A stretch of 64,000 bases of DNA from Albugo candida. Taxonomy: Eukaryota. Below, piece by piece: positions 23,100-36,027 of this stretch (positions are counted from its first letter, which is position 1; every line of letters starts with the position of its first letter). Location: assembly GCA_040437565.1 (NCBI GenBank), contig JBDOQK010000020.1, positions 434,001 to 498,000 on the forward strand, in the 5' to 3' direction. A program made the position numbers and the translations under genes. The notes under the pieces are model-generated. The model had not been told where the DNA came from, did no database searches, and worked only from the letters and a program-made list of their open reading frames with translations.

Positions 23100-25322
23100 T
23101 ACCCTTTGTCTCAAACTCGTTTGAAGATGGACCGGTATTCGTGGTTGAAGAGCCTTTTTCTGAACCGGATTCATGCTCACTTGATCGGGGAATTGCACCA
23201 ATAGCACTCAGAGCTCTCAGTTTGCTTCGAGTTCTCTTCCATTTTGCTTGTAACGTTAGCCTCGCGTTCAATCGGAAGCACTCCATAAACTCATTGATGT
23301 TGATCTCGTTATCGTGGCTCAGATCTAATAGACGCATCCATTCTTCTGCATTCTCCGTGAACGATTTTGTACCCGATGGCAGCTTTTCATTGAGTACTCG
23401 GATGCCATACTTCAGCTCTTGCATTGAGATTGTTCCATTACCATCTCGATCCAGTGCACGGAAAAGAGCCTCAATCCGTGAGCGATGACGATACAATTTG
23501 TTGAAGAGTTCGCGTTTATCCGACACGGAATTCCATTTTCCAGTAGTACTCTGGCCGCACTCGTTTGCAACTTGGCCGAAAGCGTTGTAACGTTCAAGAA
23601 AATCACGGTATGGAACCAATTTTGACTGGGAATCCAGGTTGGTCAGGAGCGGTTGCAATAGCTTCCAGTCCAATGCTAGCGCGAGCACCTCCTCCATTAC
23701 CTTACACCACTGACTCATACTGATCAAGCCGGTCCTTCCCTTGTCCATCTGCTCGAAACGCTGGCGTAATTCCGCTTTATCATGAACAATTAGTCCAAAC
23801 AGCGCATCTAAATTTGCAACACCCATATCTCGTGACGTGGTCTTCGCTTTATACTGCAGGAATTTCGGCTTTTGGCCTGGGTCTTTCATGATATGCATGT
23901 AACATCCGAAATTATCTGAACGCTTGCCGTAATTTGATGCCGAGAAAATGGTCACTAGCCGTGCTCTGTCACCAAAGGGCCATTCAAAACCGGCAGGGAC
24001 GCACTCATGAGATCGAACTATCAGTTGTAGATTATTTCTGGCCATAAACTTGTTAACCAGATCGAATCCATAAGAAATTCCAGCACCGCGAGAATTCAAT
24101 TTCATTCCCCGTCGATTTTGCGGATCACTCCAAAGAAGATCACGCATGATCGTGAGCTGACGCATATCATTCGGCTTGCACCTTGCTAATGGGACGTTCT
24201 GGCCGATATCGTCCGTGATTGTGTACTCATATCGTCTCAGCGCTTGCAGCTGCGTCAAAAGCATACCATTTCGTTCAATCCCTCCATGGACCACAAAAAC
24301 GCGATTTTCGATCAAAGTCGCTAATGGTAGCCATTTGAAACTCTCACAAAAGTGGTGATAGACTTCTCGGTCATACTTTTGCAGGCACTCATTCATAAAT
24401 CCAAATACTTTCGTGACGCTGGAATCTTCATGATTTCCTCGATTGATGTGCACAGCTTTTGGGTATAAAAGCTTAAAGAGATACAAAAGTATACTCACTT
24501 CGACTCCGCGGTCTCCTCGATCCACAAAGTCGCCATTGATGATGTAAGGATTACTGGGCGAGGGAAGCCCATTTTTTCTGAATACAAACAATAAATCATC
24601 CAGTTGGCCGTGTAAATCACCCAAAAGAGTGACATGCGTTGGTTTGATGCCATTGATTGAGACTGCGTCGAAGCTGAAGTCAATAACATTAGCTTCTTGA
24701 CGTAAAACTCCACAGATTTCTTCACAGACTCGTATGATAACTGATCGCTTGATTTTTTTGCCTTGTCGGCAAGACTCGATCATATCTTGAGCATTTTGGA
24801 GCGTCAACACTTTGTCCAAAGTCGCGGACGACAGGTACACGTCCGAAATATCGATCGACTGAATTTGAGACTCGGTTTCTGTTTCTTTCCGATTTGAAGT
24901 CGATTTTGCTTTTTCCTTCTCATTTTGCAACGGAAAGTATTCATCCAGCGCGTTGAGAAAGCTCGACAATTCCAGCTGCGTATACGTATCAAAATGTACG
25001 GCATAAGAGAGAAAACTATAAAAAACATACCGCTTCTTTCTCCTCACGTGTCTCCAAATTCAAAAACAGCTTCCAATCGAAGCTGTACTTATCGCCATCC
25101 GTATTCGAGAGAATATCATCAGCGAGCTCCGCGTTATCTGACGCTCGTCCAGCGTTAAGTGAGACCACACCTGGGTCAGATCTAAGCAGTTGCGCTCAAT
25201 AGGTGCATCATGCGATGGTGTAGAGAATCTTACGATCGCCGGCTTAATGAACTATTCTTTACGCAACTTTGTGCTGCTTTTCGACCTACTTTGGCAGTGG
25301 GATTTGATTGTCGAGCTCCCAT
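23100..25322 (-). CDS. PPEF: PPEF phosphatase, second copy truncated by the gap (probable artefact)
   Basis: Identical to 19439-21660. Confidence 0.75.
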
Positions 25323-25492
25323 TTTTGAATCAGCGATTTTAGCGAATCACATTGCATTAGAAACATTCAATCAGTCAAAGTACAACAACAGCGAATCAAT
25401 TTTATACGATCTCGGCGGCAACGCAGCTTCACATGATAAAACTATCTGTCTTAGCGTCAATATAGCTGGCCATTTCGCTAGCGACACGTATT

Positions 25493-27532
25493 TCAGTCCG
25501 ATAGCGTCTGAAAAGCTTGCTCGATTTCTTCGTACAAACCCGCAAAGAAAGCTTTCATCTGTTCTTCCGGCTGCTTTGGTAGCTGGAATTTGGTTTGGAT
25601 GATCTTATTCAAAATTGGATTGACGGCATTTCTGATCTGCGCCCACGTAACTTTTGCGTCTGGAGGGGAGTCAGCGATCACTTTTTGCGACAGATTGTAA
25701 AACAAAATGATCGCACGTAGCATTCCAACGCTCTTGATTAATGGACAAGTGTAGTCGTAATCTGAAAATGCATTCTGTTGGAGATAATCCTCTCGAATGA
25801 TTTTCGCGATTTCCATAATGACTTTCTGATCCTCTGAAAGCGATTCTTTGCCCACTAGTTGTACAATTTCTGTCAAATTATCTTCTTTCTGGAGAATCTC
25901 TTGACATTTTGTACGCAGAGAGGAGTACTCGGGATCTATTTTGTTGAAAAACGGCTCCAATACTCGCATGTATTTTGTATAACTGATAAGCCAATTCACC
26001 GATGGGAAATGTTTGCGTTGCGCCAGCTTTTTATCCAAGCCCCAAAACACTTGAACAATCGATAAGGTGGCTGCTGTCACAGGATCTGAAAAATCACCTC
26101 CAGGTGGGGACACCGCACCAACAACTGTGACACTTCCTTCTCTTTGTGGAGAGCCCAAACATGCTACACGACCAGCTCGCTCGTAAAAAGCTGCCAATCG
26201 AGCACCAAGATATGCTGGATAGCCACTATCTGCAGGCATTTCCCCAAGCCGCCCAGAGATCTCACGTAATGCCTCTGCCCATCGACTAGTCGAGTCTGCC
26301 ATCATCGACACGTTCATACCCTGGTCACGAAAGTATTCTGCAAGTGTGATCCCCGTATAGATAGAAGCTTCACGCGCTGCAACAGGCATATTACTCGTAT
26401 TCGCAACAAGTGCAGTTCGCTTCATGATTGGTACTTCGCGGCCATTTACAGTCATTGTCAATTCAGGAAAATCACAAAGTACTTCGGCCATTTCATTACC
26501 ACGTTCACCACAGCCCACGTATATAATCGCATCAGAATTAGAGTGTTTTGAAAGTGCTTGTGAAATGACCGTTTTCCCACATCCAAAAGCACCAGGAACA
26601 GCACAAGTTCCACCCAATACAGAAGGGAACAAAGCATCAATCACGCGCTGACCAGTTGTCAAAGCCACATTACCGGCCAGTTTTTCTGCAACTGGACGAG
26701 GTTTCCGTACTGGCCAATAATGCGACAACCTCACCTTATGTGTTGTTTTCGTCGTGTCATCGCGCACCTCCAAGACCGTGTCATCCAAAGTGAACGACTC
26801 ATTCATGTCAGTGTTGCTGCCGTATACTCTAACGACGTTCCCAAAGATATTTGGGGGACACATGATCTTGTGTGAGTGTATCAGATCATTCTCATAAACG
26901 ACTCCAAATATATCGCCACCGGAAATCGGGTCACCTTCTCGGAAATTCACGGGACGATAGCGCCACTTTTTGTTGTTATCAAGAGCACGAACATCTACTC
27001 CTCGAGGAACATACACATCTTTACTCAATTCTGCAATTGCTTGCAAAGGTCTCTGAATTCCATCAAAGATAGTATCCACAATTCCAGGGCCCAATTCCAC
27101 AGAAAGAGGCGATTTTCGACGTTCGACGGGATCTCCGACTGTCAACCCAGCTACAAAAAAATTATTTTGTCATAACACAAACCACTTTAACAGAAACGTG
27201 TACAGTACAAGTATCTTCGTAGACTTGAACAGAAGCTCCTGTGCCTTCCAATTTAATGATTTCTCCAACTAGTTTATCATGCCCAACGCGCACCTAACGT
27301 TAATCTCAGTTTACAAGCGTAAACAGAATGGTATAATATATTACCAGTTCATACATCGCCGCCCCGTACATGTTCTCTGCAATGACCACTATACATTTCA
27401 ATTCAATCAAATAGCATATCTCGATTGTATGTGCGGGTAAAGCGAATACTATAGTCACGTACAAGGACCAGAGACTTTGTAAACATAGCCGTAATCTGAT
27501 TCTTTCTCATTATCTCCAAACACATGCGCCAT
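25493..27532 (-). CDS. VMA1: V-type H+-ATPase catalytic subunit A
   Basis: P-loop [35 protein letters not shown]; 5' exons [23 protein letters not shown] / [14 protein letters not shown] / [17 protein letters not shown] joined by three GT-AG introns; no intein. Confidence 0.95.
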
Positions 27533-27710
27533 CCCTTCGTTTTATCTGATATCTCGTGTGGTTTCGGACAAATGCGATCTTCCGTTTGAACCGGAGGCGC
27601 GATTTTAGCGAATCGCAATGAGCTATACAATTATCAACGAATCGTATTACGCTATCGAATATTACATAATTCTTTCTTGATTCAATCTAGCTACAAAATG
27701 CATGTCATGT

Positions 27711-28910
27711 CTATCCTTTATCGGTCAAATCAATGACAACGATTTTTCTATCGGCTTGCAAGGAAATCTCCTGCTTAATGTCATCCACAGAGGGTGTGTT
27801 GATAAGGTCTTTTGCTACGTCTTTGTCTTTATTCGGAAAGTAAGATGTGATATCGGAACTTTTGGTGGGTTTCTTTGCGCTTGTAGCTTTTCGGATCTTC
27901 TTCTTTTTATAGTCTACCGGTTCCTTAATTTTGATAAAAGAACCTCCGCAAGATCGCTATGGAAAAATTTAGAATTAGCAAGAATGCATGCTTTGCTGAA
28001 CGGCCTCGCGCAAAATCACCTGATGCTCGGCCCACCATGTGTCTCGTTTGCTTGGTGGCCGATTTATGGATCGTTTTACGAGGCCAAAATATGGTTTTTT
28101 CGTGCGACAGTTTCCCTGTCCATATTCAAATGAGTATTGATAGTAGAGTTTCCCTTGAATTCGTACATCACATTGCCACCAATGAAGACGGTAGGCTTCT
28201 ACTTCTCGATGAAACGTGTGAAACACTGTGATCTTGGTGTTTGCTACGTAGGAAACCTTCAGTCAGACTATGTTCGGTGAGCGGATACGGGCCAAACCGA
28301 TGGAGTTGATGCGATTCATATGCCCTTGGAATGCCGGTCCATGATCATCGTGATCACGAACACCACGTGAAAGAAACAGGAAGGCGTGAATCATTTCGTG
28401 CTTGCATTCACTCATCAGCGACTTTGTGATGGAGGAACATGTAGAGTATTACCAACAATGTATTGATAAGATCACTTCGTGGGCGTAAACGAAGAAGAGG
28501 AGCACTTAGACGAATCGAGCAGAATCCGGTTCGCGGCTGATAAGAGCATAACCCCGCGCTATTTGACATATTCTTTAGACTAATAAGGCAACGAAAATGC
28601 ATTTTCATGACCAGAGAGTCATTCGTGAGCTCCATTTGACTTCGCAGTTTCCAAGTCGATCGAAGAAGAAAAGAGCGTCATAAGTCTACTCGCAGGGAAT
28701 ACACTTAGCGACGCAACCATGAGCTTAGAAACTGTAAAAGTGTACCTGAAACAAGGCATGAATGTCTGGTGTTGGGTCTATGCAAATATTCCACGCATCT
28801 GGTGAGTTGGAAGCACATCACTATATAGCATTCGATATACCAATCAATTCATATTCCGGAGATAGAAGGTCTAATTGTTGCGTTCGGGCCGAGCCGAAAT
28901 AAGGCATCAT
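27711..28910 (-). CDS. SPRTN: SprT-like DNA-protein crosslink metalloprotease (Spartan), multi-exon
   Basis: Spliced reading gives ELIDPTPDIHALFQ, EVKWSSRMTLCAGLC, IRLSAPLLRLRPRSDLINTLL-HEMIHAFLF, HGPAF, ITVFHTF, HWWQCDG, PYFGLVKRSINRPP, WWAEHQRSCGGSFIKIKEP. Confidence 0.88.
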
Positions 28911-29581
28911 GACCTGTGTAAACTAATGTATTATTAAGTTGTTACAGCCTGCTGTGAGTCTAGTTATGATCAAGCTTCTGATTTGTCAACTGGCTATCAA
29001 TTACAGCTTCATGCTCAGAGATGCTTATTACACGGAGTCATATATTACAGCTCATTAGGAATCAGTCAACTAAAACGGATTAGCCGTCAGACCTCAGACC
29101 TCGTTGCATTTGATATCGATATCGAAAATCGAAACCGCTCGAAATTCACATGGCAAACAAAGTACGGTGCGAGTTTATGATGTAAAGATTCTGAAATCAT
29201 TGAAGATAGGAAATTAGCTACTCCATTTGAATCTCGACGCGGAGTTTGCGAAGGCAGAATCAGCCGACTCGAAGGTTAGAACGACATAAAATGAAACGTA
29301 CATAGAACGTCAAAGTTCATGCTATAATATTGGGTGTGATGTCTACTGTTTGCTGGCTTTAACAAGAAGATATGCCGCTCTAATGACCGCTTTACACATT
29401 GATAGAGGATACTTGCATATCACAGCCTAAATGGTGTATCCACCCTATAAATAGCACACACTCGATGTTAATACGTACGCTACCCTAGCTAAAGAACGGC
29501 TCGGTTGACTCGCTGCTCGAACCGTGAACCGGACACTTCATTGATTGGCGAGATCTCAAGCAATTCTAGCGTTTAGTCACA

Positions 29582-30140
29582 ATGGTAAGCAATGACAGCA
29601 AAATTCTGTAAGAGGACTCGCGGATCATCATGAGACTGAGCGCGTTTATCGCATTACTATTCTCTCTCTGTGACTTCCGATTGACTCTCAAACAGTAGCT
29701 CTTTTGTGACAACACAATATAAACTCATAAAACTTATCATGTGTAGCCGCCAAAGACACAGCAGAAGACCAAAGAACAGAAGATGGCCGCGGCCATGGCC
29801 GGTGGCCGAGGAAAGGGGAAGAAGAAGTGGTCAAAAGGAAAAGTACGAGAAAAAGTTGCCAACAAAGTGCTTTATGACCAAGAAACCTATGATCGTCTTC
29901 TTAGTGAAGTCCCAAAGGTATTGATCAACCAACACCTCGCACCACTTTGACCCCACTCACAATACTTGCTTGTAGATGAAGCTTATCACCGCTTCCGCGA
30001 TCGTCGAAAGGCTCAAAGTAAACGCTACCCTTGCGCGTTCATCGATTCGGCAGCTAGAAAGTGATGGAACAATTGCTCGTGTTCTGGCTCACCATACTCA
30101 GCTTATTTACACTCGTGCGGCCACCAACGCAGAAGACTAA
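29582..30140 (+). CDS. RPS25: 40S ribosomal protein S25 (eS25)
   Basis: ATG|intron|[36 protein letters not shown]...[31 protein letters not shown]...QLIYTRA. Confidence 0.93.
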
Positions 30141-30379
30141 AGTGAGAGTTGTTTTAGTTGACACGAAACGGATGTAGCGTCATACAGAATATGGTTAGAG
30201 TTGCAACCGTATAAGATGCAAAATTGAGATTACTAACCCTAACGCATGACATGCTACATTATTCTTCATCCTACAAATGCTCCTGCAGGATTATAAATAG
30301 TTGGCCGACAGCAGAGCGACTTTCATGATGTAATCTCGCCGAAGTACCTTTTTGACTTCAGACGAGAACGCATATCGAG

Positions 30380-30865
30380 CTAGAAATCATGATTATACAT
30401 CAAGTAGAGATACACAGCCAAGAGGATCAGAAGCCAAGAGGGTGCCAAAATGCTTCCTGCGCATGTGTGTGTGCTTTCCCACTCAAAACGCATGCAGTTG
30501 TAGTCTTCTAACTTGCATTTCCATATACCACACTCTGATAACAATTCGCATAAATAACGAGCCGAATTCTGTTTGCAAAAGTCATTTTTGATGTGTGAAA
30601 GCTGTGAGCATGAACAACTTGACGTTTCCATAGCAATTTGATGTAATCGATCAGCTGTCAAGCACTCGGATGAACACATTGCAGATTTAAGTTCACTGAT
30701 TGTTGGTGGCCCAAACCCCCCGGCAGACTGAAATTTGAGGTCACGGATATGTGTCCTGCACAATGTCGTCATTATGTGAATACTTTGTCCTGTGGTATTC
30801 AGAAAAGCATTATAAATGTCCAAATTACATTGGCCACTCGCTGTCATTGTGTAAGGAGCCACCAT
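30380..30865 (-). CDS. Cys-rich protein with hydrophobic C-terminal tail (elicitin-like or GPI-anchored candidate); 5' end uncertain next to gap
   Basis: 161 aa ORF with many Cys; PPTISELKSAMCSSEC resembles the elicitin omega-loop/MCAS..C motif; tail SWLLILLAVYLYLM. Confidence 0.55.
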   Translation of the reverse strand: MVAPYTMTASGQCNLDIYNAFLNTTGQSIHIMTTLCRTHIRDLKFQSAGGFGPPTISELKSAMCSSECLTADRLHQIAMETSSCSCSQLSHIKNDFCKQNSARYLCELLSECGIWKCKLEDYNCMRFEWESTHTCAGSILAPSWLLILLAVYLYLMYNHDF

Positions 30866-31161
30866 AGCCTTCAGACAATGCCCGAGAAGTATATTTTTAA
30901 ATACTGTAGATGAGGGACATTTCCTGTATCTCAGTCANNNNNNNNNNNNNNNNNNNNNNNNNNNNNNNNNNNNNNNNNNNNNNNNNNNNNNNNNNNNNNN
31001 NNNNNNNNNNNNNNNNNNNNNNNNNNNNNNNNNNNNNTTCTGTCGCTATTTGTCGGCAGTTATCGGTATGTGATTGAAAAACGAGGAGATTGTGTCGATC
31101 ACGGTAGACGGATGTGAACAGTTGATGGTGATGTAGACGTTCGGGCGATTTGTCGAGTAGA

Positions 31162-31234
31162 GTCGACGTAGTGTAGTGGTCATCACGTCTGCTTTACACG
31201 CAGAAGGTCGCCGGTTCGAACCCGGCCGTTGACA
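31162..31234 (+). tRNA. tRNA-Val(TAC)
   Basis: Acceptor GTCGACG/CGTTGAC, anticodon arm TCTGC-TTTACAC-GCAGA, T-arm GCCGG-TTCGAAC-CCGGC. Confidence 0.93.
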
Positions 31235-31964
31235 CACCTTTGTGTCTCGGACGTCGAGCTGCATTAAGCACGCTTCTACTCTTCTACATCCGTCGGGCAA
31301 CCAACGTCTTTTCTCTACACTCTAGTCGTTGAATCTGATATAGCACAGTGAATGATCATCCATTCTAGGACTTTCGCGTCGTGATTTCTGATGTTTGCGA
31401 CGGTACATGTCTACAACCGAAACGCCATACATCTCATCGCATCGTCGTCAATCGAGTCATGTTGTCATTATATCATTTTGAATGTGTCGATATCATGTAT
31501 ACCTGTAAATCACCCACATGTATCGAATATCGTCGCGTCAAGTCGACAACCTGCAATCAGCAAACCAAGCACTTGAGCAATACGGGATGCTGCCTCGAGC
31601 TGAAGAGTGAACTTCAATTTCATTTCTCACGACACATCGATCGACGACACGACAACCTCTTAAATATGTGTACTATCCATACGGTCGGTCGTGCGTGCTG
31701 AACGTCTCCGTCTTTGTAGCAGGTTTGGTTAGTGTTGATATCATTTGCAGGTGCGCATACGCAACACTGCTCTTTTATCGGGATGTACGTCAGCTTCACC
31801 GTTCAGCTTTGACGACAATGTCAGCTGTACCAGCTGATACTCAAGATGAACATTTCTGCAGACTTCGTAAGCATGTGATGAGGGCGGACTTGTGTTGCGC
31901 CTCTACCACAAGTCGGCTGGCAAGAAGCGCGCGGTCGTCCAAATTGAAGGGATGAGGTAAAAGC

Positions 31965-32042
31965 TGACACGAGTGGGATTCGAACCCACGCCCGAAGACT
32001 GGTGCCTAAAACCAGCGCCTTAGACCGCTCGGCCATCGTGTC
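31965..32042 (-). tRNA. tRNA-Leu(TAG)
   Basis: Reverse complement GACACGA TG GCCGAGCGGTCTAAGGC G CTGGT TTTAGGC ACCAG TCTTCGGGC GTGGG TTCGAAT CCCAC TCGTGTC A. Confidence 0.92.
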
Positions 32043-32423
32043 ACGGTAATCGATATAACAGACTACCTCACAAATCACGTTGAACGCCCTCCTTCTCAGG
32101 TCCTATATCCATCTTACACTTGCTCTTGTCATACGATACGAGGAGCGGACACACTTGTATTGCGGATGATTGATCAGGTGGAATTTTCAGTCGATGGCAT
32201 GATCCATCAAACAAACGGCGTGTCTAGTAAAAACCCAGGAGTATCACTGAGCAGCGTTCTCATATGTCGTGCATGCCGCAAAACAAGGCAGTGTACTACA
32301 TGGTGCGCACTCAAGCAGCCATTNNNNNNNNNNNNNNNNNNNNNNNNNNNNNNNNNNNNNNNNNNNNNNNNNNNNNNNNNNNNNNNNNNNNNNNNNNNNN
32401 NNNNNNNNNNNNNNNNNNNNNNN

Positions 32424-35400
32424 ATCATTTCTGAGGGTAGTAATCTCTGATCCTAAATCTTCCCATTCTTCTCGCACAATTTCCATAAGAAGATCTACGT
32501 CATACAAACTCTTATCACGTTCCTTCAGAAAGGTAATAAGCTGCATAAACTCCAGGTCTTGTTGCATGATAGCATTTTGCGCCATCCGTAATAATGCAAT
32601 TGCGATAGCAAACACCACATCAGGTCCTTCCAGCATGATTATGTCTAATAATTCATAGCATGTTTCACTTGGGAAATTGGTGCAAAACAAAGGAAGAAAC
32701 CAATTGGTCGCAAGTAATAATCCAACATGAGTAGCCTGCAGGTACCGAAAGTATCGAGCCAACGTCGGTAAACGACGGTCGATAAGTGTTTCCAAAAGCA
32801 CAGCATCTAATCGAATTCCTTTCATTCCCTTGGTATACGATTGTGGGAAAAAGTCCTCGCAAATGACTGAAAGTAGCCAAAAAACTCGTTCTTCAAGCGA
32901 TACTTCGGAAGAACATTTCGAGCTGACATAATCAAAAAGGCAAAGGAGACGACCTGCAATATGACTCATCGATTGACAATATCCGAGTGTGGAATTATGG
33001 AGCGCATAAGCAAGTAGCACACGTTCCAGGGTAGCTTGACCATCGATGGATGTGATGTAACAAGATTGACCAGCAAATGTTCGGTTCAAATCGATCAGAA
33101 TTTGACTTCGAGACACGAGAAATGGGGTATCTTTGCCCTCTATGAAATCCTTCTCAGTTTGAAATTTGATTCGATCGATCAAAGTCGCGTAGTAGCTTTT
33201 GTTTGCTAAAAAGGCATTTTTTTGCTTCTGATAAGCTCCACTTAATTTCATGTAGAGCTTAGGACGTGCCATCAATGGGATTCCACCACTCATCCAAATC
33301 AATTCTCGTAATTTTCTACGACCAATTTGCTCATAATCTGATCTCAAAATGGTTCCAACAGGCTTAAAATACGGACACCATTTTGTATCTGACAATTCAC
33401 GATCGCACGTGGTCCCAAGTAAGTCAGGAAAAGATTGATTCTCTGTGTGCTGTGTATCACTCAGCAGGTGGAACTGGTGATGAAACTGGCTCCAAAATGT
33501 CTCTTGTCGTGATAGCAAACACTCCAAATGCAGCTGATAGTACATTGGGCGATTACTGTGTGCGGCGGCATGATGCTTAAGATGTTCACGCTCCACGATT
33601 TTGAAGCCATAAGAATCATAAATCCGTCCTCCGTCGATTATATTTGCATCTGGTTTCGTTTCTGTCACGGGCTCCTGGATCCCGGAAGCGGTTGTGCAGA
33701 TGATACTTGAACTGTGAGGACTAGACGAGGAAGTAACTCCATCTGGCAGGAAAAGTGTTCGCAAAAGCACTTGGCCGTAAGAAACCGTGAAAGCGGGCTT
33801 TGAAGGTTGCTCTGGATGCTGAAGTGCAAACCATTCCAATTTTTCTGGCATTCCCTTGACGAAATGAAGGACCGGGACGCTGACGGAGCCAATGCTTATT
33901 CCATCCATAAAATACGCATTCTTTTCACAAATGTCTACAGTAAAAGTTGCATTGAGTGTATCAGGAACGCAGAATGCCGCGGAGAAATCAAATTGACAAT
34001 GACGAAAGCCGGAACGTGACCCTAAAAACACCATTTCTTTTTGCAAACGCCCAGGAAGCGAGTGAACGCGATATGCATATGACGTAGAGTCTAGCGATCC
34101 CAAAGGCTTCAAAAACGCTGACGAGCATGCTCGGTATTTAGTATGCAGAGAGACTCTTGTGAATATATGCCGAATTCCGCAATTTGACTGATATGCGTTT
34201 TTCTCATTGCTTCGACTGTGCATTGGGTCGGAAGGAAGATTCAAATTTCTTGCAGCCAAAATTTCAAATTGGATCGTCCCGATAAAACTCAGAGACTTGC
34301 ACTCATTGGTTTGTGAACTGGTAGCACATGACGCTTCCGGCCGTGACAAAAGCCGCTGCGAACTAGACCTTTGTACATGTTTGAGGAGTGATGTCGGATA
34401 CACAAGACTTTTACGCTGGTCTTTTCCACGAGATGGAAGCTTGTCTATCTGCATCTGACAGCTTTGGGTGATAAATCCGCAAAATGAAGCAGTATATTCT
34501 CCATATCCATTCCGATTTCGTGCGCGAAGTCGGACAAAATACTCAGTGTCCGGCTGCAAACCAGGGATCCAGTACTGAGATACCTCGGTGGAAATACGTA
34601 ATGAATGGGAGGAAGCAAGCCCGGAATGTTCGCTTTTTTGGCAAGGAATGATTTCCCAGTGTAACTTTGCGTCGGGAGAAGAACTCCTTAAACCCTGTGG
34701 AGCTTCAGATTGAAGCCCAACCGTTGAGAAAAATGACTTTGCTCTTGCCAATTTTCTTGGGCGTTTGCAGTATTCGATTTCGAGCCATTGTGATGCAACA
34801 ACCTGATCGAGGTGCGGTTTCTCACTCGTTGGAAACTTCCACGATACACCCAGGGTGTGTGCGTCACTTCCTATGCAGAATATGGATAAAGGCTTGTACG
34901 CTGCCTGAGAAACAAAAGACAAAAATGTATGTAGTTTGGTCTCTGGTGGAGCGATATCTAGCGCTGATTTGAATACATCATTACGCGAATTTATCGGCAA
35001 TGCGTCCCGCGTTGGAGCATGGAGAATGAGCCATTCGCAAACGTCCAAATGATTGCCCATAACTGCGTAATGTAAAATGGAATTCCCATTAGCATCCAAC
35101 GCTGCGATATCGTGAAGCGGACGATTATCACGGATCATTTTCGCTTCAGGAAGCAGCCATTCAATGATGTCCATTCGTCGATTATAACACGCGTAATGAA
35201 GCACGCTCCGACCGCGAAACGATGTTGTTTCCATAGGAATACGCTTGCACGCCTGAAGCTCCTGACACCACTGCAAGACGTCTAAACATCCGTGGATCGC
35301 CGCCAGATGAATCACATGTACGCCATTATCGTCGACAATCGAAAGCCCGTTTGGATCACGCTCGAAAAGAATTTTCAACATTTCCAACGCAAATGGCTTC

Positions 35401-35786
35401 CGTCCAGCATGCGATGAAATACAATCGTGGAATGGCGTTCTTCCCATCGGACACTTCACGGCAGGCTCACAGCCTTGGGACACAAGAAATTGGACAATCG
35501 ATACCTTTGCATGTGTGCATGCGTGATGCAAAAGGGTTTTCCCAGCCACATTCACGAATTGATACATGCCTGCATTAGAATCATAGCTTTGCTCAAGCGT
35601 TCTGTGAAGCAGCGGATAGAATCGCTTTTGAGCATCAGAGAAGGTATCGTCTCTCACAGATGCAAAAAGCTCATCAATGATTTGTGTCATTAGCATCGGT
35701 GGTAGTGGTACATCTTTGGACCGTGTGGGTGAAAACAATGGGGCCATTGAGGAAGCGGCAATGGAAATTTCCTCGTCCATCCGCAT
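32424..35786 (-). CDS. Ankyrin repeat - FN3 - C2 - TBC (Rab-GAP) multidomain protein; 3' end in the gap
   Basis: Ank repeats GKTLLHHAC, GRTPFHDC, GRSVLHYAC, GNSILHYAV; FN3 GLQPDTEYFVRLRARNRNGYG; C2-like GTIQFEILAARNL; TBC QILIDLNRTF, GYCQSMS, WFLPLFCTNFP. Confidence 0.85.
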
Positions 35787-36027
35787 AGACGAAAGCGCTC
35801 CAAAGGCAGTGGTGATTTCTGAGCGATGCAGCTTGAATCGCTATTTTACGGCGTGGATGTACAAGCTTGGCTCTAGTAACGGATTGGAGATGTGGTCGCT
35901 TGTAGTATAAATAAAAATATTATTATTAGCTAGTTTGCGGCCAAACTCTAGTCATATAACTAAGAAGTGTCGGGCGAAGAATGTCGAATTACTTCATTGC
36001 AAGCAGCAAAGAGCCAATCGGTCAGTT

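Larger units (their letters stand above)
19439..26600. repeat. Direct duplication 19439-22938 = 23101-26600 across a 100-N gap (probable assembly overlap)
   Basis: Offset 3662, identical wherever compared; both copies break at the gap. Confidence 0.85.

Noticed and set aside
19439-26600. Apparent duplication of PPEF and V-ATPase A
   Set aside because: Exact recopy, with both genes truncated at the gap
29585-29746. Possible snoRNA in the longer first intron of RPS25
   Set aside because: No convincing C/D box pair or H/ACA double hairpin seen by eye; would need an Infernal/snoReport scan
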